A model generated the notes under the pieces. It searched no databases. It had not been told where the DNA came from and saw only the letters and a list, made by a program, of their open reading frames with translations. 64,000 nucleotides of DNA, taken from assembly GCA_964412775.1 (NCBI GenBank), contig CAYPPX010000002.1:78152-142151 (forward strand), written 5' to 3'. Origin of the DNA: an uncultured Pseudomonadales bacterium (GTDB taxonomy: Bacteria > Patescibacteriota > Microgenomatia > UBA1400 > PJMF01). Position 1 is the first letter of the stretch; each line of letters opens with the position of its first letter. A program made the position numbers and the translations under genes. This document shows, one piece after another, positions 18,681 to 28,157 of this stretch.

Positions 18681-19406
18681 ATGACAGTTGATTTTTCAAC
18701 TTATCCAGATAGAGCTCCAGAGTATGACTTGAGAGATCTTTTAGAAGCAGGTGTACATTTTGGACACAACAGTTCTAAGTGGCATCCAAAGATGAAAGAA
18801 TTCATCTATATGGCTAAAGATGGTGTCCATATCTTTGATTTAGCCAAAACTGCAGCTCAACTTCGCTTAGCTTATAATTTTATTTTTGACCTTGGTGCCA
18901 AAGGTAAAAAAGTTGTTTTCATTGGTACCAAAAGACAATCTAGAGAGATTATTCGTAAAGCCGCTCAAGAAGCTGGTGCTTTCTTTATTGCTCAACGTTG
19001 GATGGGTGGTATGTTGACCAACTGGGACCAAATCAGTAAGTCAGTCAAAAGAATGAATGACATTGAAAAAGGTTTGGAAACAGGCAGATTTGATGGTTAT
19101 ACCAAATTTGAAAAGCTTCAACTAGAAAAAGAACAAGGTCGTTTGGAAAGATTTTTTGAAGGTGTCAAAGGTTTAACTGGTAAGCCAGATTGTTTAGTCG
19201 TGGTTGACCCAAAGAGAGAAAAACTAGCAGTTGAAGAAGCAGAAAAAGAAGGTGTGCCAGTAGTTGCTTTAATCGATTCGAACACTAACCCAGCTAATAT
19301 TTCTTTACCTGTTCCAGGTAATGATGACGCTGTCAGTAGTATTGAACTGATTATGACTGAGTTGGCCAAGGCTTACGCTGAGGGTAAAAAATCAAGTAAA
19401 AAGTAA
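18681..19406 (+). CDS. rpsB: 30S ribosomal protein S2
   Basis: LLEAGVHFGHNSSKWHPKM and MGGMLTNW motifs. Confidence 0.9.
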   Translation: MTVDFSTYPDRAPEYDLRDLLEAGVHFGHNSSKWHPKMKEFIYMAKDGVHIFDLAKTAAQLRLAYNFIFDLGAKGKKVVFIGTKRQSREIIRKAAQEAGAFFIAQRWMGGMLTNWDQISKSVKRMNDIEKGLETGRFDGYTKFEKLQLEKEQGRLERFFEGVKGLTGKPDCLVVVDPKREKLAVEEAEKEGVPVVALIDSNTNPANISLPVPGNDDAVSSIELIMTELAKAYAEGKKSSKK

Positions 19407-19417
19407 GGAGGATCACA

Positions 19418-19888
19418 ATGGCTATTTCCATGGATGAAATCAAAAAATTAAGAGAAGCAACTGGTGCAAGAGTAATGGATTGTAAAAAAGCTCTTGAAGA
19501 AGCCAAAGGTGATTTTCAAAAAGCAATTAAAATCGTTGAAGAAAAAGGTTTAGCTCGGGCTGAAAAAACTTCAGATCGAGAAACCAAAGCTGGCTACGTA
19601 GCTAGCTATGTCCACAACAACGGTCAAGTTGCTAGTTTAGTTGAGATTGTGTGTGAAACTGACTTTGTCGCTCAAAATGATGAGTTTAGAACCTTGTCAC
19701 GCGAGATTGCCATGCATGTCACTGCAATGAATCCAGCTAACGTTGCAGAATTGCTCGAACAAGAATTTATTCGTGATGCCAGTACCACTATTGCCATGAT
19801 GCTCAAAGCATTAAGTGGCAAGATTGGTGAAAAGATGGAGATCAGAAGATTTGTTCGTTATGAGGTTGGTGAAGAAATTGCTGAATAA
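19418..19888 (+). CDS. tsf: Elongation factor Ts (short form)
   Basis: N-terminal UBA-like ISMDEIKKLREATGARVMDCKKAL; 156 aa; immediately downstream of rpsB. Confidence 0.85.
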   Translation: MAISMDEIKKLREATGARVMDCKKALEEAKGDFQKAIKIVEEKGLARAEKTSDRETKAGYVASYVHNNGQVASLVEIVCETDFVAQNDEFRTLSREIAMHVTAMNPANVAELLEQEFIRDASTTIAMMLKALSGKIGEKMEIRRFVRYEVGEEIAE

Positions 19889-19918
19889 TTACCTTTAAAC
19901 TTAATTTAAAACAGGGAA

Positions 19919-19947
19919 GAGGCGAAGCACAAAACTTCGCCTCTTTA
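19919..19947 (+). terminator. Terminator after tsf
   Basis: gaggcgaag-cacaaaa-cttcgcctc followed by ttt. Confidence 0.55.
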
Positions 19948-19955
19948 CGTCTCGG

Positions 19956-20894
19956 GTGTTTTCTTTCCATAATAGGCCAGTGCAAGATTTTGTCGCTGTC
20001 AAAAACACTAAACACGGTAAGAAGGATCGTCAACCTAATCGGTTTGTTATTTTTTTATTAGCTATTACTGGTTTATTAGGGCTAGGGTTTTTGTTATTTA
20101 AAAGTATTCACTTTGCTGATTTTTTCAGAGATTTTAATCAACAAACTATGTTATTAGTTCATAAAGATGTGGGCAAATCAGCTGGGTTTTTATTGACGGC
20201 TGATTTTTCAACTTTAACCCTAGAAGTGGTGCCACTCGATACAGAAGTGGAGGTAGACTTAGGTGATTACGGGCATTATCGCTTGCAAGCAGTTTATCCA
20301 CTATTGGCTGCAGTTGAAAAAAAGCCACTTAATTTTGTTCGCTCAACTTATAGTTTTTCTTTGGGCAGAATTATTGATGAGGCTTGGGGGGTTGAGCAAC
20401 AACTAACTAGTATTAACACCAAACCAGCCTTAAGCCAAGTTTTTTTTAATAATATTTGGTCATTTCCTGGTAGTTTAAATGAAAAACTTGCTTGGTTGGC
20501 TTTGGTAAGTGATAGCCATACAGAAGTTGTTTTTACTGAAATTGAGACTAATTTTCCATTAGCTAAGAAAGTAAAAAATACTGATTCATCAATGCTTTTA
20601 TGTACAATTGCTGTGATAAATACGACGGCAGTTAATGGTTTGGCTGGTAAAATCGATCAAGTACTTGATGCTGACGGTTTCTCGGTGATTAGAACTGGCA
20701 ATGATAGTCAAACTCTAGCTAAAACTGAACTAATTGTTAGTAGTGACAAAAATACCCAAACAAACTGTCAGCAGGCTCAAAACAAAATTGAAAGTTTATT
20801 GCCAGGGAAGGCAGTTATTACAATGGATGATAACGTGACCAAACAGTTCAGAGCTGATTTAGTTCTAAAAATTGGCGAAGACCTTGAAAGGTAA
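19956..20894 (+). CDS. Membrane-anchored protein with a LytR_C-like C-terminal domain (LCP/LytR family-like). The start is uncertain: the track start is a GTG inside the terminator hairpin.
   Basis: N-proximal TM helix FVIFLLAITGLLGLGFLLF. The C-terminal AGKIDQVLDADGFSVIRTGN resembles the LytR C-terminal domain. Confidence 0.4.
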   Translation: MFSFHNRPVQDFVAVKNTKHGKKDRQPNRFVIFLLAITGLLGLGFLLFKSIHFADFFRDFNQQTMLLVHKDVGKSAGFLLTADFSTLTLEVVPLDTEVEVDLGDYGHYRLQAVYPLLAAVEKKPLNFVRSTYSFSLGRIIDEAWGVEQQLTSINTKPALSQVFFNNIWSFPGSLNEKLAWLALVSDSHTEVVFTEIETNFPLAKKVKNTDSSMLLCTIAVINTTAVNGLAGKIDQVLDADGFSVIRTGNDSQTLAKTELIVSSDKNTQTNCQQAQNKIESLLPGKAVITMDDNVTKQFRADLVLKIGEDLER

Positions 20895-20906
20895 AACTTC
20901 GAGTCT

Positions 20907-21752
20907 CTAGATGTCTTCACCTTTATTGATTTTTTCTAAGGTAGTTTCAAAGTCATCAGTGTCTTTGATCTCTGGTTCACCTTCGATCATTTCGTCATCC
21001 TCTGAACCATCGATATCCATGGGAATATCACCCTCAATGAGTAACTCTTCATCAATTGGGGAGTTTTTGGTGGTAGCAATCTTGCCCACGGGGAATGATA
21101 GGATATGTTTATTTTTGGAAGAAGTTTTATTTTCTCTCAAGTGGACAGAACAACTGCTATCAGTAACAGAGTGGATCAGACACTCATATTCATTACCACG
21201 ATGAATGAGTTGACAAAGTCTAAATGACAAGTCATCTGGTAAAGCACCAACATATTTACCATCTTCAGTTTCGACAGAGATGTGTTTACCCTTAGAATTG
21301 AGTTTGCATTTTTGGCCAACTCTAAGGTTGCTCAAGAAATCTTTTCTAGTTAAGCGATGAAGATCAGTAATTTTAGTTTTACCAGGCTCTTCAATAAAGT
21401 AGACTTGAGAAACAGAGAGATTGGCTATTTGTTTATTTTTTAAGTTAGTCAAATGTTTCTTGGCAATGATATTAGATTTATCTTTGGCCAAAACTGTTTC
21501 AAAAGCTTGTTTGGCTTCGGTTTTTTTGTTGAGTTGCAAATAAGCTAAACCAATTCGGTTCAAAGCACCAATATCTTCTTGGTTTCTTTCGAGGATTTCT
21601 TGGTTAAGTTCAATAGCAGCGGCCCAAGATCCATTCTTGGCTGCATCAATAGCCTCTTGTACTAAAGCGGCATATTTTTTCATGATTTTATCCTTTTTAT
21701 GGTTAAAAAACTGCGTGAAAGAATACTGGCTGAGGCTGATATTGTCAAGCAA
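20907..21752 (-). CDS. TPR-repeat protein with an acidic C-terminal tail
   Basis: N-terminal TPR-like helices (LNRIGLAYLQLNKKTEAKQAFETVL); a Cys/His-containing middle region; a DE-rich tail. Confidence 0.45.
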   Translation of the reverse strand: MLDNISLSQYSFTQFFNHKKDKIMKKYAALVQEAIDAAKNGSWAAAIELNQEILERNQEDIGALNRIGLAYLQLNKKTEAKQAFETVLAKDKSNIIAKKHLTNLKNKQIANLSVSQVYFIEEPGKTKITDLHRLTRKDFLSNLRVGQKCKLNSKGKHISVETEDGKYVGALPDDLSFRLCQLIHRGNEYECLIHSVTDSSCSVHLRENKTSSKNKHILSFPVGKIATTKNSPIDEELLIEGDIPMDIDGSEDDEMIEGEPEIKDTDDFETTLEKINKGEDI

Positions 21753-21788
21753 TAATCTCTAACATACAATTCAGGTGAAAGGAAATCT

Positions 21789-22349
21789 ATGTCTGGCCAT
21801 AGCAAATGGAATAACATCAAGAAAAAGAAAGGTGCGGTTGATGCCCAAAAATCCAAAGTTTTTGGGGTAATGGCTCGGTTAATTCGTTCAGCTGTTAAGG
21901 AAGGTAAATCTGGTGATCCTCAAGCCAATGCTAGTTTAAGAACAGTCTTAGATAAAGCTAGAGCAGAGAATATGCCCAAAGAAAAAATCCAAAAAGCCAT
22001 TGCTGCTGGTTTGGGTAAAGGTACTGGTGGAGAAGTTAGAGAGATTGTTTATGAGGGTTTTGGTCCAGGAGGCGTGGGTATGTTGGCGGTGGCTTTTACT
22101 GATAATTTAAATCGAACTACCTCTGAAATTAGAACGATTTTTTCAAGAGCTGGTGGCTCGATTGGTGCTCCAGGTTCTGCCATGTACTTGTTTGCTCGAA
22201 ACCCAGAGGGTGGTTATAAAGTGGTGATTCCTTTTCAAGTCGATGACCCCAATCATCAGCAATCACTTCAAGAGCTGATTGATGAGTTAATGGCAAACGA
22301 TGATGTTGAAGAAGTTTTTTGTAGTGGTGAATGGGTTGGAAAAGAGTAA
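21789..22349 (+). CDS. YebC/PmpR family DNA-binding regulator (short, 186 aa)
   Basis: Hallmark N-terminus MSGHSKWNNIKKKKGAVDAQKSKVFGVMARLI. Confidence 0.8.
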   Translation: MSGHSKWNNIKKKKGAVDAQKSKVFGVMARLIRSAVKEGKSGDPQANASLRTVLDKARAENMPKEKIQKAIAAGLGKGTGGEVREIVYEGFGPGGVGMLAVAFTDNLNRTTSEIRTIFSRAGGSIGAPGSAMYLFARNPEGGYKVVIPFQVDDPNHQQSLQELIDELMANDDVEEVFCSGEWVGKE

Positions 22350-22365
22350 TAATTCTGATTGATTT

Positions 22366-23133
22366 ATGCGAAGAAGAGAAAAATTTGTTTTAGCTGCGAC
22401 TGTCTTGAGTATTGGCTTATCTTTAGTTCAGTACACCGGGATTGAATGGCGTTACTACGCCATTATGGGTTTGATGGTATTGACTTATTTTGTCTCTGCT
22501 TGGTCTTTAAGTGATGATCTTCAACCTCATGAATGGTTGACGGTGTTACCTTTTCCAGTGATTTATACAGCTGCTGTGGCGTTGTTTTACTTTTTATTGC
22601 CCACGGCTTTTTTTACAAGAATTTTATTTTTAGTACTTTTTGGTGTGGGACTTTATGGTTTGTATTTAACCAGCAATATTTTTTCAGTAGCCAAAGGTAG
22701 AACTATTCAGCTAATTTATGCTGCCCACGCTGTAGGCCTGTTTTTTACCCTTTTTACCTCAATGTTGCTCACCAATACGATCTTTTCGTTAAGAATGCCT
22801 TTTTATAGCAATGCACTGCTTGGTGGTTTAGTCCATTTTCCATTAATTATGATGAGTTTGTGGTCGATTAAACTAGAACCGGTAGTTAGTAAAGCAATTT
22901 TACAAAAAACTACCTTGTTAACCGTAATTTTAGTCGAGTTAATTGCTTTGTTATCACTTTTACCACTACCAGCTTGGCATAGCTCATTATTTGTCATGGG
23001 AGCTTTTTATATTGGTTTAGGGGTACTACAAAGCCAGATTAGAGAGCGATTATTTAATAATACGGCTAATGAATATTCATTGGTGGCAGTTTTTTTGGGT
23101 TTCATCTTTTTTATCCTGTTACCTTGGAAGTAA
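22366..23133 (+). CDS. Hypothetical polytopic membrane protein
   Basis: 255 aa with 6 or more TM helices. Confidence 0.45.
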   Translation: MRRREKFVLAATVLSIGLSLVQYTGIEWRYYAIMGLMVLTYFVSAWSLSDDLQPHEWLTVLPFPVIYTAAVALFYFLLPTAFFTRILFLVLFGVGLYGLYLTSNIFSVAKGRTIQLIYAAHAVGLFFTLFTSMLLTNTIFSLRMPFYSNALLGGLVHFPLIMMSLWSIKLEPVVSKAILQKTTLLTVILVELIALLSLLPLPAWHSSLFVMGAFYIGLGVLQSQIRERLFNNTANEYSLVAVFLGFIFFILLPWK

Positions 23134-23182
23134 CAAGATTATTTTACTTATTTTTGGGCTATTTTTAAGTGATTTTTCGCCT

Positions 23183-23660
23183 GGATACCAGGCTAATTTT
23201 TTATTAGGGCAGGAGAGAGAACTCGAGTAAAACCAGGCTACAAATCCATCATGGCTTAAATTGGGCTAAGTTTAATGACTCCCAGGCTTTAATTGTTTAA
23301 ATAAGGATTTTTAATTAAAAGTTTTAATAATTTATTTGCAACCAAACTAAAAAAAAACAGGGCAGAGGTAGCACAAAAAAAGAGCAGACCTACCAGGCTA
23401 AAACAGGGAAGAGTGATATAGTTTGATATACTTGTCAAATTGTGGAAAACTATAGGCTTTCCCGTGAAAAAGTTATAGGATATTGCTAAGTTTTTACAGA
23501 TGTCTACTCGGGGAAATGATCTATTATGTTATAGTTTTTTGTTCAGATAAAGCCAGAATTCTGCAAGAATAATTCCAGGCTAGTTCCTCAAATTGGGTAC
23601 AAAATGTCCAGGCTTAATTCCTCGAGTAGGGCTGCATATTTAGCCTGGTAACCAGATTTA
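23183..23660. repeat. Cluster of CCAGGCT(A/T) motifs (six direct, two inverted) with associated ctcgagta and aattggg words in ORF-free DNA
   Basis: Occurrences read at about 23188, 23233, 23283, 23392, 23577, 23607 (direct) and 23189 and 23643 (inverted, gcctgg). Confidence 0.5.
23189..23212 (+). terminator. Rho-independent terminator after the 22366..23133 gene
   Basis: Perfect palindrome gcctgg-ata-ccaggc followed by taattttttatt. Confidence 0.55.
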
Positions 23661-23976
23661 TAGTAAAAATGTGTTTTAGTCTGATTTTAGGGAGTGGTAA
23701 AACAAAACCCGAAAGGGTGTTTTTAAGGTATGAAGTTAGTTTTTGGTTGGATTTCTTGATAGAGGTGTAATGAGTTAATTAAAAAATCTTTAAAGGAAAA
23801 AAAATTAGGGTTGATGGAGGCGAGTGAGGTAGCCACTACTACTTCGTGGTTAGGGTTGCTAAATTAGCCCACAAATAATATGTCGCACAATATAACTTTT
23901 ACGACATAAAACTAAGTTTGAAACCGAACAGCTGCTTTGATTGTTTTTATCTAATTTGGTTATTTTTTTATTAATT

Positions 23977-23996
23977 TATTGATATACCAATCTTTT
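23977..23996 (+). repeat. Exact 20-bp direct repeat, copy 1 (tattgatataccaatctttt)
   Basis: Identical 20-mer at 26971-26990, 2994 bp downstream. Confidence 0.7.
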
Positions 23997-24935
23997 TTCT
24001 AGGTATGAATTTTTTATATTTGTTAATTCTCTATCTTTGTTTAGCTGTTTTTTTAGTTAGCTACGACATACCTTTTTGTTGATTTTAGGTGAGAATATTT
24101 CTTGGACTTAAAATAAGCTTTTAATTGATGTATCAGTCTAATATCCTTAGACGATGGATAGCTCAGTTTCGCCAAAAAAAGCCGTTTTTGGGGCATTTAG
24201 GAGGCTAGGTTTTTAGGGTCTTTGAAGCTGTTTTTGTGAATAGTTGGTGGCTGATTTTTTTAATGTTAATTTGCTTTGTTAGTTGCTACAACTTAGTTGT
24301 TTTTTAAATTTTTGACTGACAATCTAACGATTAGTTTTTTGTTTTGCCTTTAGCCTTTTTTTAAAAAAAATAATTTTTATTTTAATGACCAAGCATAATT
24401 TACAAGTGTTTTTAAGCAGTTAATTTTTATAGTTCTGCAAAGAAAAATATTTTACTAACCGAGTTATTATCGAGCCGTTAATTGGGACAATTTTGGTGGT
24501 TTTATTTTTAAAATTAAGCTTTGTTTAGCAACAGATTTTTTTTGGCAAAATACTTAGTTAGTTATAAAACTAGATCCTGGTCTGGTTTAATTTTTATCAC
24601 CAGGTTTGGCTATAGATCCTTTTAGCTAAAAAAAATATAGTTAATATTTACTAAATATATCAAAATATTTCATTAAATAAAGATTGATAAATCAGTAGTA
24701 TTTTTGCATTATTTGAATTAGCAGAGTTTATGATGCTCTGCTAAAAACTTATAATATCTCTGGGTGTTTTATAAGTAGAGGTCTGGTAAATAGAAAAAAA
24801 ACAAAAATAAGTGAACTAATTAAACTTCACTTTTTACAGGTAAGCTGGGCAGTTTATTAGCTAAATTATATTTCAAGTTTGCCTAAGTTGTAAACCTAGC
24901 TCGCTGTTTAGTTTTGTTTGCTGTATAAATAACTT

Positions 24936-25886
24936 ATGGCTGTATCGACTGTTCCAGAAAAAGCTTTGATTGATTTTTTAGAGTCATTAGAAGTTGAAAA
25001 AAATTTAAGTAATTTGACCATCAGAAATTATGGTCATTACCTACGTAGATTTAATGATTGGTTCGCTGGACATGGTGGCAAAGATCTAAAAGATTTAGAT
25101 CAGGATTTACTTAGAAAATATCGAGTTTATCTTGCTCGCTATGTTGATGAAGTTGGTCGAACTTTATCTAAGAAAACTCAGGGCTACCATATTATTGCCC
25201 TGAGATCTTGGTTTAAATGGTTAGTTAAACATGATTTGGAGGTGTTACATCCGGAAAAAATCGAGTTACCCAAGGGAGAATCAACTCCAATGAAGTTTGT
25301 TGGTGTCGATAAAATGGAGTTATTATTAGCAGTGCCAGATGTTAGTACACCGAGTGGTCTAAGAGATCGGGCTATTCTTGAAGTATTATTTTCAACTGGT
25401 TTACGTGTCAGTGAATTGGTTAAGCTTAATAGAGATCAAGTCGATGTTAAAAGACGAGAGTTCGGAGTGATTGGGAAGGGACGTCGCCCAAGAGTGGTCT
25501 TCTTGAGTGAACGAGCCGCTAATTGGTTGGAGCGCTGGTTAAATCTTAGAGAAGATGATTGGAAGCCAGTATTTACTCGTTTTTCTGGTAGAAAAGAAGC
25601 TTTATTTACTGATGGTGAAGAAATGAGATTGACTACCAGGAGTGTGCAACGCTTAGTGGATAAGTGCAGTCGTCGAGCTCATTTACCAATTAAGTTGTCT
25701 CCACATGGCATCCGTCATAGTTTTGCTACTGATTTGTTGAGTAGTGGAGCAGGTCTTCGTGATGTTCAGGAAATGCTAGGGCATAAGAATATTGCTACTA
25801 CTCAGATCTATACTCACGTGACTAAGCCTCAACTCAGGAAAATTCATGAACAGTTTCATTCTTTGGAAAAAGATCCAGGAAAATGA
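24936..25886 (+). CDS. Tyrosine site-specific recombinase, XerC/XerD-like
   Basis: N-terminal SAM-like domain (LSNLTIRNYGHYLRRF). Catalytic residues in GLRVSEL, HGIRHSFAT and LGHKNIATTQIYTHV (R..H-x-x-R..H..Y). Confidence 0.85.
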   Translation: MAVSTVPEKALIDFLESLEVEKNLSNLTIRNYGHYLRRFNDWFAGHGGKDLKDLDQDLLRKYRVYLARYVDEVGRTLSKKTQGYHIIALRSWFKWLVKHDLEVLHPEKIELPKGESTPMKFVGVDKMELLLAVPDVSTPSGLRDRAILEVLFSTGLRVSELVKLNRDQVDVKRREFGVIGKGRRPRVVFLSERAANWLERWLNLREDDWKPVFTRFSGRKEALFTDGEEMRLTTRSVQRLVDKCSRRAHLPIKLSPHGIRHSFATDLLSSGAGLRDVQEMLGHKNIATTQIYTHVTKPQLRKIHEQFHSLEKDPGK

Positions 25887-26081
25887 TTTTTTAAATATTA
25901 TTAATTAATAGTTAATATTATTTTGATTTATTTTGATTTTTAATATTTATATAACAACTATTAAAATAGTTTTTGATATATTTATTCTAAAGAAAAAACC
26001 TGGTTTACTGCCTAAATTTTTTTTCACTCCTCTACTCCACTAATACTGATGATTATTTTTTTTGTGTTATAGTGAGTTTAA

Positions 26082-26897
26082 ATGAATAATAGTCAGACTA
26101 AACTAATTAATATTGCTCTAAAAGTGGCCAAAACCAGTGTTAAACAAGCTGGCGAAATGCTTCTCGCTAAGAGAAGCGACCTCAAAGTTGAGGTTCATAA
26201 AGATTTGGTAGATTTTTCTACTAATTTAGATATCGCAGCCGAAAAATGTATCATTGATAATTTAATTGCTAATTTTCCTGATCACAATATTATTTCTGAA
26301 GAAATAGGTCAGCTTGATAAGCAATCTTTGTATACATGGATAATTGATCCATTGGATGGGACCAAGGAGTTTCAAAGAGGTTTAAGTAATTTTAGTGTTT
26401 GTCTTACCTTGCAGACCCCAATTGAGATTTTACTTAGCTGTGTGTATATCCCAGCTACTAAAGAACTATTTTTTAGTGGTTTGGGATTAGGTTCTTGGCA
26501 AGGGAAAAAGCAACTTGTTGTTTCAAAAGAAAAAAATTTGAGTAAAGCTATGATTGTTTTTCATGCACCTGATTATAAAAATACGGAGGCTGTTAAAGAT
26601 AGACATTGGCGAGTTGTTACCCAGTTAGATAAAGTTGATTATCGAACATTTGTTAGATTAAATGATAATATGATTCTTTGTGATCTAGCTAAAGGTGGTT
26701 ATGATGGTTATATTCATCTAACCACCAAAACTACTGGTTGGTGGGATGTTGCTCCAGGAATTTTGCTGGCTCTAGAAGCTGGAGCTACGGTCACCGACTC
26801 ACTTGGTCGCGCTTTAACACCCAACCAGTTAATAAATGGGATTGTTATTTCAAATGGTTTGATCCATCAGCAATTACTTGAGATTATCAACCAATAA
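26082..26897 (+). CDS. Inositol monophosphatase family protein (SuhB/CysQ-like)
   Basis: ISEEIG and WIIDPLDGTKEF metal-binding motifs. Confidence 0.75.
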   Translation: MNNSQTKLINIALKVAKTSVKQAGEMLLAKRSDLKVEVHKDLVDFSTNLDIAAEKCIIDNLIANFPDHNIISEEIGQLDKQSLYTWIIDPLDGTKEFQRGLSNFSVCLTLQTPIEILLSCVYIPATKELFFSGLGLGSWQGKKQLVVSKEKNLSKAMIVFHAPDYKNTEAVKDRHWRVVTQLDKVDYRTFVRLNDNMILCDLAKGGYDGYIHLTTKTTGWWDVAPGILLALEAGATVTDSLGRALTPNQLINGIVISNGLIHQQLLEIINQ

Positions 26898-26970
26898 GTC
26901 TGGATAAATAGGATTACAGGTTTTTAGCAATCATTTAAAATGACTGCTAATATGATGTTTCTATATATTA

Positions 26971-26990
26971 TATTGATATACCAATCTTTT
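26971..26990 (+). repeat. Exact 20-bp direct repeat, copy 2 (tattgatataccaatctttt), 136 bp upstream of tRNA-Ala(GGC)
   Basis: Identical to 23977-23996. It also reads as TTGATA followed 17 nt later by a tactaa -10-like hexamer. Confidence 0.7.
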
Positions 26991-27126
26991 ATTTTTACTA
27001 ATGATTAAAGTAAGTTCTAGAGTTAAAAATTTATTACTTGAGGTAGTAGCTAAATTTAAATGTAGAATTTACTGTTAAAGATGATACAATTCTTACATTC
27101 TTTAACAAAATTTTAGAATTTAACTT

Positions 27127-27200
27127 GGGCCTGTGGCGCAGTTGGCTAGCGCGTCTGTATGGCATACAGAAGGTCAGGGGTTCGAGCCCCCTCAGGTCCA
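27127..27200 (+). tRNA. tRNA-Ala (anticodon GGC); no encoded CCA
   Basis: Acceptor gggcctg/caggtcc with G3:U70, anticodon stem tctgt/acaga with loop atGGCat, T-arm aggggttcgagcccct. Confidence 0.75.
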
Positions 27201-27245
27201 CCCTTAGTTTTTAATTTTTTCTTGCTAAATTTTAAATAAAGATTT

Positions 27246-28145
27246 CTAAATTACTTCATTTTCAGCTAAGTCAGCTGTGATTTTTTGGTTTCTGTCTGCT
27301 AAAAATGAGATCATGGCTGGTTGAACCACAAAGGCATTTAAGTCAAAATCTGTTGGTTGATTTTCTATGGTTAACCAGTGGATTTTTTCTCCTAGTTTTT
27401 TGATAACTTGAGCCAAATCTCGCCAATGTTGTTTAGTCATTAACTCAAGAGGTAAAGAATCACCATTAATTCCGATTGGGATATGCAAACCAGATTTTGG
27501 TAGTTGGGTAATTGTTGCTTCGACAGTTTTAAGTACTCTTAGCCAAGTTTCATTGAAAGTTTTTTGGTCTAAAGTATGGAGTGTTTTCAATGATTGAGTG
27601 TATTCTTTAATCAAGTGAACTAAATCAATCATGATACCAGCTGAGACTTTTTGATCTCTTAAAACTTTTACTTTTTCACTAGTGGCCTGAAGTGACCCCA
27701 CATCTAAAACATTTTCAACTAAAATATGACCCGGGTAGTTCATCGATACTAAAGTCTCAATTCTCCCCTTTCTTCTAAGTTCTGGTTCATGAACCAACAA
27801 ATAGTTGTCAGCTTGGCCTGCTTGAAAAAGGTCAGGTCTGGCTTTGACGACTGTTTCTAAATCAGCCATGATATTTTGAAAAAAAATGGCTTTGGCTTTT
27901 TCTATAATACCTGGTGCAGCCATAAAGTGACCAGTTGGGCCATGGATGCCTCTAATTGATAATTGGGGATGTTTTTCCAGTTTAGAGCTATTTTTGATCA
28001 AATGTTGCCAAGCTAACATTTCAATAGCAAGCTTTTCTCCACCTAAGGCTGGGAGAGATTGCGCATAAATTTGCCATAATTGGTCAAAGTTACCCCAGAT
28101 ACCAACAATGTCAGTTGAAACCAAAACTTCTGGTTTTTTTGCCAT
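27246..28145 (-). CDS. Sugar phosphate isomerase/epimerase-like TIM-barrel protein (xylose isomerase-like fold). Tentative.
   Basis: Pattern of HGPTGHF, LVHEPE, ILVENV and IMIDLVHL resembles the AP-endonuclease-2/Xyl-isomerase-like fold; no exact family recognised. Confidence 0.3.
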   Translation of the reverse strand: MAKKPEVLVSTDIVGIWGNFDQLWQIYAQSLPALGGEKLAIEMLAWQHLIKNSSKLEKHPQLSIRGIHGPTGHFMAAPGIIEKAKAIFFQNIMADLETVVKARPDLFQAGQADNYLLVHEPELRRKGRIETLVSMNYPGHILVENVLDVGSLQATSEKVKVLRDQKVSAGIMIDLVHLIKEYTQSLKTLHTLDQKTFNETWLRVLKTVEATITQLPKSGLHIPIGINGDSLPLELMTKQHWRDLAQVIKKLGEKIHWLTIENQPTDFDLNAFVVQPAMISFLADRNQKITADLAENEVI

Positions 28146-28157
28146 AAAAGCAGGATT

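Noticed and set aside
21789-22349. Possible truncation or pseudogenisation of yebC (186 aa against the usual 240 or so)
   Set aside because: The ORF has a clean start and stop, its N-terminal hallmark is intact, and the next gene follows after 16 nt. It is more likely a naturally short ortholog than a pseudogene.
24150-24175. tRNA-like start ggatagctcagtt in the ORF-free region
   Set aside because: Only the D-arm-like 5' portion is present. No anticodon arm, T-arm or acceptor pairing can be drawn, so it is not a tRNA gene. It could be a remnant, mentioned only as context for the integration hypothesis.
23134-24935. rRNA, tmRNA, RNase P or SRP RNA within the ORF-free region
   Set aside because: I could not find the conserved cores: no GGUUCGAUUCC-type tmRNA 3' end, no RNase P P4 strings, and no SRP domain IV GGAA tetraloop context. 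A covariance-model scan is still needed to exclude a divergent ncRNA.
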